Positions 38,934-47,010 of a DNA stretch of 64,000 bases are shown here, piece after piece. Source of the stretch: Candidatus Micrarchaeota archaeon (lineage in GTDB: Archaea; Micrarchaeota; Micrarchaeia; Anstonellales; Bilamarchaeaceae); assembly GCA_043816005.1 (NCBI GenBank), contig JBDRIM010000041.1:3326-67325 (forward strand). Reading direction: 5' to 3'. The first letter of the stretch is position 1. Each line of letters starts with the position of its first letter. Both the position numbers and the translations under genes were made by a program. The notes beneath the pieces are model-generated. The model saw nothing but the letters and a program-made list of their open reading frames with translations. It was not told the origin of the DNA and made no database searches.

Positions 38934-40186
38934 TCTAACACCCCAAGATTCTTTTTTGCTTGTCTAACAATAGGGTTTTCAGCCCATGTAAGAATATCAA
39001 CTTTTGCAGCTGAGGCTTTATTTTGTAAAAATAATAACGCATCTAGTGGTTTTGATTCGAGTTTGGCCATAAACTCATTGAATGTTCCTTTGCCTAGTTT
39101 CTCATCAACTAATTTTGCTACCTCAGTGAAATTACCCGTAAGATAAGCTTCCTTGAGAACTTCTTTTCCAACAAGATGCTGGAGAAAAGAAGCAGATAAT
39201 ACTTCTGGAGCATATGCAACATAACTCGGAGTCATATCATGAGAACGTACTAGTTCTTGTGCATGTAATTCTGTAAGACCTTCGTGAAGTGGTTTGATAT
39301 AGGTTCCAGAATGATACTTTCCTTCGCTATCAATAAAACGAATGTTAAAGCCACCACCAAGATAGGCAGCATAATGGAGATCTTCATGGGCAACTACCGA
39401 AAAAGCATCATCGTGGTTGCGTCTAGTGTTGAAACGATCAAGCACCGCGATATGATTCGTATCGGTAAAATAAATACCAACTGATGGACTACCATATGCT
39501 TCTTCTCGCTTCCTGAAAAATGATTCTGGTTCGGCAGTAATGACCGGAGGTGTTTTCTTAAAACGACTTGCAATCTTTTCTCCAAGATAAGAAGCATCCA
39601 ACCAACTAGAAACTTGTTGCTCTGCTTTAGGAATTGGTCTAGTAATAAAGACAGAACTGAGAGTGTCAGTAATTGCAGAGTTGATACGTTCAAAAAAATC
39701 ACTTATTGCTTCAGTAGCATCAGTAATAGCTTTACCAACTTTTTTGATCCCATCCCACAATTTCTCAAAAAAACCTTTTTCCCCAAAACTCTCTTCTGAT
39801 GATTTTGAATGATCTATTTTTCTCTCAATTCTAAGTTCTGCTTCTACAGTTAATATTTCTGAATGTTTTTTTGCACTTTTCTTGTCCATAACTAGTGGCG
39901 GAGCAAAATGACCACTTGTAATATCTTCTAGCTGAGCATATTTTTTTGGATCAGTAGGATGGATAAGTTCACGATGGCTAGAAACTCTGGGATCCTTGAG
40001 AGTATCTTCAACTGTACCTCCGTGTCCAACTATATCAAGTATTGCATCGAGAGCTCTCTTAGCAGATGCCGTAACCTCGGTTGGAGATGCAATTGGAAGT
40101 TGTTTTGCATGTTCAGTAACTACTCTAACTGCCTCTTCAGCTCCTTTGATTTTCTCAGGATCAGCAGTTTTTTCAGCACCGCCCAT
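38930..40186 (-). CDS. Putative zinc metallopeptidase (HExxH, gluzincin-like) in the orc1-led operon
   Basis: VVAHEDLHYAAYLGG (HExxH) followed about 30 aa later by PLHEGLTELHAQE (candidate third ligand Glu). No signal peptide. Confidence 0.4.
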   Translation of the reverse strand: MGGAEKTADPEKIKGAEEAVRVVTEHAKQLPIASPTEVTASAKRALDAILDIVGHGGTVEDTLKDPRVSSHRELIHPTDPKKYAQLEDITSGHFAPPLVMDKKSAKKHSEILTVEAELRIERKIDHSKSSEESFGEKGFFEKLWDGIKKVGKAITDATEAISDFFERINSAITDTLSSVFITRPIPKAEQQVSSWLDASYLGEKIASRFKKTPPVITAEPESFFRKREEAYGSPSVGIYFTDTNHIAVLDRFNTRRNHDDAFSVVAHEDLHYAAYLGGGFNIRFIDSEGKYHSGTYIKPLHEGLTELHAQELVRSHDMTPSYVAYAPEVLSASFLQHLVGKEVLKEAYLTGNFTEVAKLVDEKLGKGTFNEFMAKLESKPLDALLFLQNKASAAKVDILTWAENPIVRQAKKNLGVLE

Positions 40187-40489
40187 TTAACCATGTTCCT
40201 CCAATTCGATTTTTTTACAAATTGATACAAAATCCCGAAGTCTTTTTGTAACAGAATTAAGATCTTTTTTACCTTTTAGTGATTTTTTTTCCCAATTTGA
40301 AAATAAACCATGACAGGTGCGCAAATAATCAATCTTAGCTGCAAGATGTTGTGGCTTTTTCTTTGTTCCTTCCCAATCAGCTATCGCAACTTCTATTAGT
40401 GAGATTGAGTGACTAACTTTAGTTTGCGTTTCAATCTCAAGATCAAAAAGTTTAGCTCCGATTTCTGTTTCATCCATTGAATCCACCAA
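40187..40489 (-). CDS. Hypothetical small protein (100 aa) in the orc1-led operon
   Basis: Starts 1 nt after the orc1/cdc6 stop and abuts the next gene. Confidence 0.35.
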   Translation of the reverse strand: MVDSMDETEIGAKLFDLEIETQTKVSHSISLIEVAIADWEGTKKKPQHLAAKIDYLRTCHGLFSNWEKKSLKGKKDLNSVTKRLRDFVSICKKIELEEHG

Positions 40490-40490
40490 A

Positions 40491-41552
40491 CTAATTTCTA
40501 TTCTGTAATTTAAATATTTTTGGACTGAGCATACCCCCAGATCTGACTTCTGTTGTTGTTACCATACCTTTTTTCTCAAGTGAGTCAAGATAGTTTCTTA
40601 TCTGACGCTTGGAAACATTGAACTTTTTTGAAAATAACGAGTAAAGTTCTGTGGAACCAATTTCACCATTTTTCAAAATTTCGGTAATAAATGATTCTTC
40701 TGGAGTTAGATTAAGTTCTTGTTTCTTAAAATCAGGGGTTTCTGCGAGAATGTCCTCCAAATCCTGAATCATAATCTTAGATTTACCAGAATTTTCTGCA
40801 TGTTTTGCTGCTTTCCACAATCGTTCTATTGCAATTCTTGCAGAACCATCTTCTACTGATCGTGCGATTTTTGTAAGTAATTTTTCATCAAAAGCCTGTG
40901 GCATAAGTGCTACTTCGGCTCTTGATCGTAAAATAGATGCTAGTTGTTCGTCGGAATAGGGTTGAAACTCCATAGCTGTAAATCTAAGCGAACTTCTTAT
41001 TCTTGCATCGAGTTTAGATAGAAGGGATTTATTATTGGAAATACCAATTATACCGAATGCAAGCATTTTTTCATTCGAACGAGAGATAACATAAAGGAGT
41101 TCGTCATGGCGCAGGCCGTCCATTTCGTCTAATATTAGAAAAACTGGCTTCTTGTAACTTTTTATATATTGCATTATTCTATCGAAAATCTCATCTGGTG
41201 CAAGACCACGACGTGGAAGTGGAAGACGCATTTCTTCCACAATTCTATTATATATTGCCAATTGAGTGGGATTTTCCCAGCAGTTCACATAAACAGAAAT
41301 GACGGAAGATGACTGTTCAGATAATTCTCTAATCAAATATTTTATACAAGAAGTTTTTCCAGTTCCTGAAGAACCGTGGATAAAAAGATTTTGAGGGGTT
41401 CTTCTGCCTAGCAGTGGTTTTATACAATCAGCAAGATATTGAAGCTCTTTATCGCGATAAACAAGTTCATCTGGTAGATAATCAGGTAGAATCACACGCT
41501 CGTCACGAATGATAAGAGATTGGTTATCTCCCCTATCAAAGTATCCTGACAT
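40491..41552 (-). CDS. cdc6: Orc1/Cdc6 AAA+ replication initiator
   Basis: LVYRDKEL start pattern, Walker A GSSGTGKT, Walker B LILDEMD, C-terminal winged helix. Confidence 0.9.
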   Translation of the reverse strand: MSGYFDRGDNQSLIIRDERVILPDYLPDELVYRDKELQYLADCIKPLLGRRTPQNLFIHGSSGTGKTSCIKYLIRELSEQSSSVISVYVNCWENPTQLAIYNRIVEEMRLPLPRRGLAPDEIFDRIMQYIKSYKKPVFLILDEMDGLRHDELLYVISRSNEKMLAFGIIGISNNKSLLSKLDARIRSSLRFTAMEFQPYSDEQLASILRSRAEVALMPQAFDEKLLTKIARSVEDGSARIAIERLWKAAKHAENSGKSKIMIQDLEDILAETPDFKKQELNLTPEESFITEILKNGEIGSTELYSLFSKKFNVSKRQIRNYLDSLEKKGMVTTTEVRSGGMLSPKIFKLQNRN

Positions 41553-41612
41553 AATTATGATGGGACAGCAAAAACATAAAACAGTTGGCTTCGCATATCA
41601 TTTGGTGTTGGA

Positions 41613-42440
41613 TTGCAAGATATATTTGTAGTCAAGGAAAGTGGCGAAAGGGAAAAGTACAGACAACAAAAGGTAAGACACGCACTTAAGAGAATCGGAT
41701 TGAGTGAAAATGAGACGGCAGAAGTACTTCATGAACTCGAAAAAAGATTATATGAAGGTATGACAACAAAAAAAATCTACGCTATTCTTTATGAAATCAT
41801 AGAAAACAGAAAACCGGAATTGTCACACAGATATAATCTTAAGCGTGCTCTTTTCGAGATTGGCCCTGATGGTTACAGTTTTGAGACCTTTATTTCAAGA
41901 TTGCTCGAACTGAATGGTTATGAAACAAAACTTAGACAGATAGTAAAAGGCAAATGCATAAATCATGAAATCGATGTTGTTGCAACAAAAAACGATAAAA
42001 CATACATGATTGAATGTAAATTCCATAATCAACCAGGAACCAGGTGTAGAGTGCAAACTATTCTTTATGTCCATTCACGTTATCTTGATTTAAGAGAAGG
42101 GACAAAAAAAGGATATTGCTGTAAATTTGACAAACCCTGGCTTATAACAAATACCAAATTTTCTGAGGATGTACGCAGTTATGCAGAATGTATGGAACTG
42201 CCTCTTCTTGGATGGAGATATCCAGCTAAAAATAGTCTTGAAGTAATGGTGGATAAATCAAAATGTTACCCGATTACTGTGATAAATATGAATAATGATA
42301 CCTTGAGAAAGCTTCTTAGTAAAGATATTGTAACTGTTTATGATATACCTGAGAATGCAAATAAATTAGCAAATATTACAAGCGTACCGATATCTATCGC
42401 AAAACAAATAGTTGAAAAGGCCGCTTACGCCCGTGATTGA
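41613..42440 (+). CDS. ATP-cone domain protein fused to a PD-(D/E)xK restriction-endonuclease-like domain
   Basis: N-terminal ATP-cone pattern (VVKESGEREKYRQQKV...). Nuclease core HEIDVVAT...YMIECKFH. TTG start as listed. Confidence 0.6.
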   Translation: MQDIFVVKESGEREKYRQQKVRHALKRIGLSENETAEVLHELEKRLYEGMTTKKIYAILYEIIENRKPELSHRYNLKRALFEIGPDGYSFETFISRLLELNGYETKLRQIVKGKCINHEIDVVATKNDKTYMIECKFHNQPGTRCRVQTILYVHSRYLDLREGTKKGYCCKFDKPWLITNTKFSEDVRSYAECMELPLLGWRYPAKNSLEVMVDKSKCYPITVINMNNDTLRKLLSKDIVTVYDIPENANKLANITSVPISIAKQIVEKAAYARD

Positions 42441-43145
42441 TTGAAAAGAATATTAGAAATAGATGCGCTGAGGGGCGTTGCCATTGTATTGATGATAATT
42501 TATCATTTTCTTTTTGATCTTAATTTTTTTGGAATTGTGAATATAGATATACATGACACAAACATAGTAATTTTCCAAAGAACAATAGCAATTTTATTTA
42601 TTGGTTTAGTTGGCATTTCAATAACACTTAGTGAGAACCGCAATAAACGTGGATATTTGAGTCATTTCTGGCGCGGACTTAAATTAGTAAATATTGCAAT
42701 TTTGATAACTGCAGCGACGTGGATTTTCCCCCATGATGGATTTATTACTTTTGGAATTATACATATGATTGCACTTTCAACTTTTATCGCACCTGCTTTT
42801 TTTAAACTTGGAAAATGGAATTTCTTGGTTGGTCTTGGCCTTGTAAGTCTTGGGATTTGGCTGAACACACTAGTCACAAATTCACGTTTCTTTTTTTGGC
42901 TGGGGTTACCATTTCCAGAATATTTTGCTTTGGATTATTATCCGATGTTGCCATGGTTTGGAGTTATTTTGATTGGTATGGCAATTGGCCAGGCAGCATA
43001 CCACAAAAATGAAAGTAGGTTTAAGATAAAGGATATTGGACTGGTGAACAAATTAGTTTTTTTAGGTAAAAATTCATTAGTCATATATTTAGTACATCAA
43101 GTTGTTCTGGTTGGATTAATAATTACTTATTTGTACTTGAAATAA
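42441..43145 (+). CDS. DUF1624 / heparan-alpha-glucosaminide N-acetyltransferase-like membrane protein
   Basis: EIDALRGVAIVLMIIYH start motif and polytopic layout. Confidence 0.55.
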   Translation: MKRILEIDALRGVAIVLMIIYHFLFDLNFFGIVNIDIHDTNIVIFQRTIAILFIGLVGISITLSENRNKRGYLSHFWRGLKLVNIAILITAATWIFPHDGFITFGIIHMIALSTFIAPAFFKLGKWNFLVGLGLVSLGIWLNTLVTNSRFFFWLGLPFPEYFALDYYPMLPWFGVILIGMAIGQAAYHKNESRFKIKDIGLVNKLVFLGKNSLVIYLVHQVVLVGLIITYLYLK

Positions 43146-43147
43146 AA

Positions 43148-43303
43148 TGGGCCCGATGAGATTTGAACTCATGACCTTTCGATTATCAGTCGAACGCTCT
43201 AGCCGAGTTACTCATACCGTTTTAGTTAAATTAATGCGCCAAAAAGTACAGATAGTTTTTGGACGCACCTTTTTCCTAAAAAGGTGCGCTGAGCTACGGG
43301 CCC
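43148..43303 (-). tRNA. tRNA-Ile(GAU) with a ~82-nt D-loop intron
   Basis: Exons GGGCCCGTAGCTCAG / TCGGCTAGAGCGTTCGACTGATAATCGAAAGGTCATGAGTTCAAATCTCATCGGGCCC+A. All four arms pair perfectly once the insert after GCTCAG is removed. Confidence 0.8.
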
Positions 43304-43341
43304 AAAAGTAAGCAGAATATGAAGGGTATAATTTTAAAATG

Positions 43342-43794
43342 TCAGCTCTCCGCCACAACAATCATTGTTTTAGTTTTTGTGATGCCTTTTGTTGATTGTA
43401 GTCGTTGTAACAAAAGATTTTGAAATTCTTCCATATCCCTACAGCGAACTGTGATGAGAAGATCTGCATCTCCAGTTACAATATCAACTGTTTCAACACC
43501 ATTTATTTTTTTTATGTCATTCGCAACATCTTTCTGTGTTCTTTTCAGCTGTATTAGCATAGTTAGATCAACAAATGCAAGGATATGTGCTTTCATCCTT
43601 AATCCAAGCAGCTTGTTGTTCTTTTTTATTGTCCATGAATCAATAAATTTCTCTTTTTCTAATCTTTTTATTCTGTGGTGAACTGTTGACGCTGGAATGC
43701 CCATTTTTCTGGCGAGAACATGGATTCTGATTTTAGCATCTGCTTCGAGTAACTGTAATAATTCCATATCTATTTCGTCTGCTTTCTTTTCCAT
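43342..43794 (-). CDS. Lrp/AsnC family transcriptional regulator
   Basis: HTH (LARKMGIPASTVHHRIKRLEKE) plus C-terminal RAM/ACT-like domain. Confidence 0.85.
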   Translation of the reverse strand: MEKKADEIDMELLQLLEADAKIRIHVLARKMGIPASTVHHRIKRLEKEKFIDSWTIKKNNKLLGLRMKAHILAFVDLTMLIQLKRTQKDVANDIKKINGVETVDIVTGDADLLITVRCRDMEEFQNLLLQRLQSTKGITKTKTMIVVAES

Positions 43795-43907
43795 ATTGGA
43801 TAATTTCCAATAAAAGTTTAAAAAACTTGCTATTTTTGTAAATTTTACAAATAAATATGGATAAAATATAAATACTAAATTTGTTGCAGCAATTGTAGGT
43901 GAATTAT

Positions 43908-44813
43908 ATGAGAGACATCAAAAGAATCCATCTGAGAATTGTTTCTGGTTTGTTGAAGTATACTACTGAACACTTCCACCATAATGGATTCACTCAACTC
44001 ATGCCAGTTATTTTATCATCAGTAACAGATCCGCTTGGACCAGATCCTGGAAGTAGTGTAATCAAAACTGGTGAAATTGAGTATCTTGGTCAACGATTAT
44101 CATTAACACAGTCAATGATACTTCATAAGCAGATTGCCATTCGCGAAGGAATTGAAAAATTATTCATTATATCCCCAAACGTAAGATTAGAACATCCAAA
44201 CCGCAGAGAGAGTGGAAAACACTTGTTTGAATTCTCACAGGTTGATTTCGAAATAGCACATGGCAGTAAAGAAGAGGTATTCCGACTAATGGAAGGGTTC
44301 ATCACTGGTGCAATTAGTTATATGAAACTTCATCATGCTCATGATCTTGAAGTATTAGGAAGAGCATTGCTATCTATAGATGGGCCATTCAAAAGATATA
44401 CCACATATGAACTCAAAGACAAATACGGCGATGATTGGGAAAGTTTAGCTTCTTTGGAAACAAAACAACCATTTTGGGTACTTGATCACACTAGAGAGTT
44501 CTATGACAAAGAAGATCCAGATAGACCTGGACATTATGTCAACTATGATATGATTTACCCTGAAGGTTTTTGTGAGGGGTTGTCAGGTGCTGAACGTGAG
44601 TATGAATATGATATCATATTGAGGAAAATTACAAAACAGGGTCTTGATAAATCTCGTTATGCGCCATATTTAGAACTTGCGAAGGATGGTTTGACTCCAT
44701 CTGCAGGTGGTGGATTTGGAGTTGAACGACTGGCAAGATATATTACTGGTGCAAAACATATTGGTGATGTTCAGCTTTTCAGACGAGTTCCAGGTGAACC
44801 TGTTGTAGTTTAA
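43908..44813 (+). CDS. Archaeal asparagine synthetase A-like protein (class II aaRS catalytic core without anticodon-binding domain)
   Basis: Class II motif 3 GGGFGVERLARYI and motif-2-like FEFSQVDFE. About 300 aa with no N-terminal OB fold. Divergent from an AsnC-type regulator. Confidence 0.65.
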   Translation: MRDIKRIHLRIVSGLLKYTTEHFHHNGFTQLMPVILSSVTDPLGPDPGSSVIKTGEIEYLGQRLSLTQSMILHKQIAIREGIEKLFIISPNVRLEHPNRRESGKHLFEFSQVDFEIAHGSKEEVFRLMEGFITGAISYMKLHHAHDLEVLGRALLSIDGPFKRYTTYELKDKYGDDWESLASLETKQPFWVLDHTREFYDKEDPDRPGHYVNYDMIYPEGFCEGLSGAEREYEYDIILRKITKQGLDKSRYAPYLELAKDGLTPSAGGGFGVERLARYITGAKHIGDVQLFRRVPGEPVVV

Positions 44814-44852
44814 TTTTTATTTTCTTTTAACTTATTTTGTTCTGGTGTTTGA

Positions 44853-45377
44853 ATGGTAGTAAAAACAATAAGATTAGTTGGTGATCCTGTATTAAGACAA
44901 GAATGCCCGGATATAAAAGACTATCATTCGGTAACGCAAATTGTGGAAGATTTACAAGACACACTTTTAGATTTCAGAACAAAAAATGGTTTTGGTAGTG
45001 GTATAGCAGCACCTCAAATTGGAGAAACAGTTCGTGCGATTTATATTTCTACAAAAGAGTTTGAAGGGGAAATATTGAATCCGCAGATTACAAAACATAG
45101 TGATGTTACTGCGCTTTTTTGGGATGCGTGTTTTAGCTTTGAACCTTCGTTTTTTGCAAAAGTAAAAAGATGGACGTCTGTAGAGGTAGAATATTATGAT
45201 ATTTTAGGTAACAAGAAGATCATCAAAAATACCACCGAACACCTAGCTGCGTTATTACAGCACGAAATTGACCACATTAACAAAGTATTATTCATAGATA
45301 GAATAGTTCAACAAGGTGATTATATCATACCTTGCAGTGTATGGAAACATATGGGCAAACCACTGCGAGTAGATTAA
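44853..45377 (+). CDS. def: Peptide deformylase-like metalloenzyme
   Basis: All three PDF motifs in order: GSGIAAPQIG, DACFSF (EGCLS-like, Cys kept), QHEIDH (HExxH). Confidence 0.7.
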   Translation: MVVKTIRLVGDPVLRQECPDIKDYHSVTQIVEDLQDTLLDFRTKNGFGSGIAAPQIGETVRAIYISTKEFEGEILNPQITKHSDVTALFWDACFSFEPSFFAKVKRWTSVEVEYYDILGNKKIIKNTTEHLAALLQHEIDHINKVLFIDRIVQQGDYIIPCSVWKHMGKPLRVD

Positions 45378-45419
45378 TTTGGCGCTGATTTTTATTTCCT
45401 TTCAAACAATTTAATATTA

Positions 45420-46532
45420 ATGAAAATCGCGATTTTTTCTGATCCTCATTTAGGTTACCTAAGATTTGAAGAGGATAGCTATATTCAGGCTGAGAGAGTT
45501 ATAGTTGATGCATCAGAAAAAGCAGACGTTATTCTTTGTGCTGGAGATGTTTTTGATGTAAAAATTCCAAAATTGGAAACGTTGAAACATGCGGTGGAAA
45601 TTTTCAAAAAGGCAAAAAAACCAATATACGCAATTCATGGAAATCACGAAAGGAGAGCGAAGGAAATGGTTAATCCAGTTCAATTGCTTGCTTCGAGTAC
45701 AGAAATGGTGTTGTTGCATGGATCCGACGCAACATTTGAAAAAAATGGCGAGAAAATACAAATATTTGGAATGGGAAGTGTACCGGAAGAATATGCTGAA
45801 ACTGCATTGAAGAACGTGATGCAAAAATTTAGCAAGCAGGATAGTTCGTTTCGAATTTTGATGATACATCAATCCATAAAAGAGCTAGTGCCTGGCGGAA
45901 CGGAAGAACTTTCACTTGAATATCTTGAAAGTTTGCCATTTGATTTGATTATCAATGGGCACATCCATGAAACAATAATAAAATTAGATGGACGTTTTCT
46001 TATACCTGGAAGTACAGTGATAACGCAATTAAAAAAAGATGAGACAGCACCAAAAGGATATTACATATATGATACGAAAACCAAAAAATCAGAATTCATA
46101 GCTGTTGAAACCAGAAAATTCTTCTATGAAGAATTTAAATTTGACAATAAGAGCGAGATAGAAATTAGAAAACAAGTAAAAGAAAAAATTGAGAGTCTAA
46201 GATCAGAAAGCAAGGATGCAATAATTGTTATAAAAATCAAAGGTAAATTAAAAGATGGATTAAATAGTTCGGACATAAGAATAGATGAATACGAAAATGT
46301 TTACATTGACAATAAACTCAACGAAGAAAATCTAGCTGCAAGAATCGAAAAAATCAAGAATAATCGTGAAGCAAATCTTTCGGTAAGAGAGATAGCAGTT
46401 AGTGAGCTGAAAAAGAAAACCGAGAATAAAATAACACTATTTGATAGTTCTGATTTATTTGAAAAACTCCTTGAGGGACCTGAAGAAACACTTGTTTACC
46501 TAGAAACACATAATAAAAAGGAAACTGGTTAG
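45420..46532 (+). CDS. mre11: Mre11-type DNA repair metallophosphoesterase
   Basis: FSDPHLG, AGDVFD, GNHE, MIHQ and GHIH phosphoesterase motifs; Lys/Glu-rich C-terminal region. Confidence 0.7.
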   Translation: MKIAIFSDPHLGYLRFEEDSYIQAERVIVDASEKADVILCAGDVFDVKIPKLETLKHAVEIFKKAKKPIYAIHGNHERRAKEMVNPVQLLASSTEMVLLHGSDATFEKNGEKIQIFGMGSVPEEYAETALKNVMQKFSKQDSSFRILMIHQSIKELVPGGTEELSLEYLESLPFDLIINGHIHETIIKLDGRFLIPGSTVITQLKKDETAPKGYYIYDTKTKKSEFIAVETRKFFYEEFKFDNKSEIEIRKQVKEKIESLRSESKDAIIVIKIKGKLKDGLNSSDIRIDEYENVYIDNKLNEENLAARIEKIKNNREANLSVREIAVSELKKKTENKITLFDSSDLFEKLLEGPEETLVYLETHNKKETG

Positions 46533-46618
46533 TAATAACAAGCCAGATGTGGCTTAGTAAAAAAATTCGTCAAAATTAACAAAAAGTTTTTTGTCGAACT
46601 TTTTTTCTAAAAAAGTTC

Positions 46619-46863
46619 GCAGGGATGACAGAGCCCGGTCTGGCCCCTTTTCTTTTGGAAAAGAAAAGGCCCCAGGGTTCAAAAGAAAACTCTGGCTTCA
46701 AAAATAGAATTGGGGCTCCGGAAAAATGTGCGGCGCTTAGGAAGGCTTTTTGTCTCGTGCTTCTCAAAGGGAAAAAACCCTGGAAAAAGGTCATGAGATA
46801 AACAAATGCTTTATGAAACGCCGTGGCTTAGTGCCTGCGCAGGTTCGAATCCTGCTCCCTGCA
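46619..46863 (+). tRNA. Putative intron-rich class II tRNA; best model tRNA-Leu(CAA)
   Basis: Perfect 7-bp acceptor GCAGGGA/TCCCTGC with discriminator A. T-arm GCAGG-TTCGAAT-CCTGC. Class-II-like D region CAG-AGCCCGGT-CTG. Candidate anticodon stem CCAGGG (46672-46677)/CCCTGG (46778-46783) with loop TTCAAAA. At least two inserts. The anticodon assignment is tentative. Confidence 0.45.
46853..46863 (+). repeat. Candidate attL core (3' end of the tRNA)
   Basis: tgctccctgca, repeated exactly and in direct orientation at 52891-52901. Confidence 0.45.
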
Positions 46864-46982
46864 TCTAGTTTTTTTCTATAATCTCAACCTTTTTCGTCAA
46901 TGACCAGATGGTCATCCGTTTCGTGTCGTGAGTTTTGCCGAGGTAAAACTCAGGTGATCGTCTAACCCCGTTCAGGCCTCAG

Positions 46983-46990
46983 TTTATAAA
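46983..46990 (+). promoter_or_regulatory. TATA-box-like element for a near-leaderless integrase transcript
   Basis: tttataaa about 21-28 nt upstream of the ATG at 47011. Confidence 0.35.
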
Positions 46991-47010
46991 GAACTCAGGC
47001 AATTGACGAG

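Noticed and set aside
41553-41612. Replication origin (ORB repeats) next to orc1/cdc6
   Set aside because: The intergenic region is only 60 nt, and I saw no repeated ORB-like elements or extended AT-rich unwinding region.
46672-46700. Reading the long tRNA as a UCA (Sec/opal-suppressor) tRNA via the second ggcttcaaaaat copy
   Set aside because: No matching 3' stem strand could be found for that arm, whereas CCAGGG/CCCTGG gives a clean 6-bp stem around loop TTCAAAA (anticodon CAA). The acceptor and D features fit Leu.
46576-46794. 72-aa minus-strand ORF inside the long tRNA gene (possible intron-encoded protein)
   Set aside because: It lies antisense to the tRNA and is composed largely of poly-K/F translations of the A/T-stem hairpins. 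It has no homing-endonuclease-like motif.
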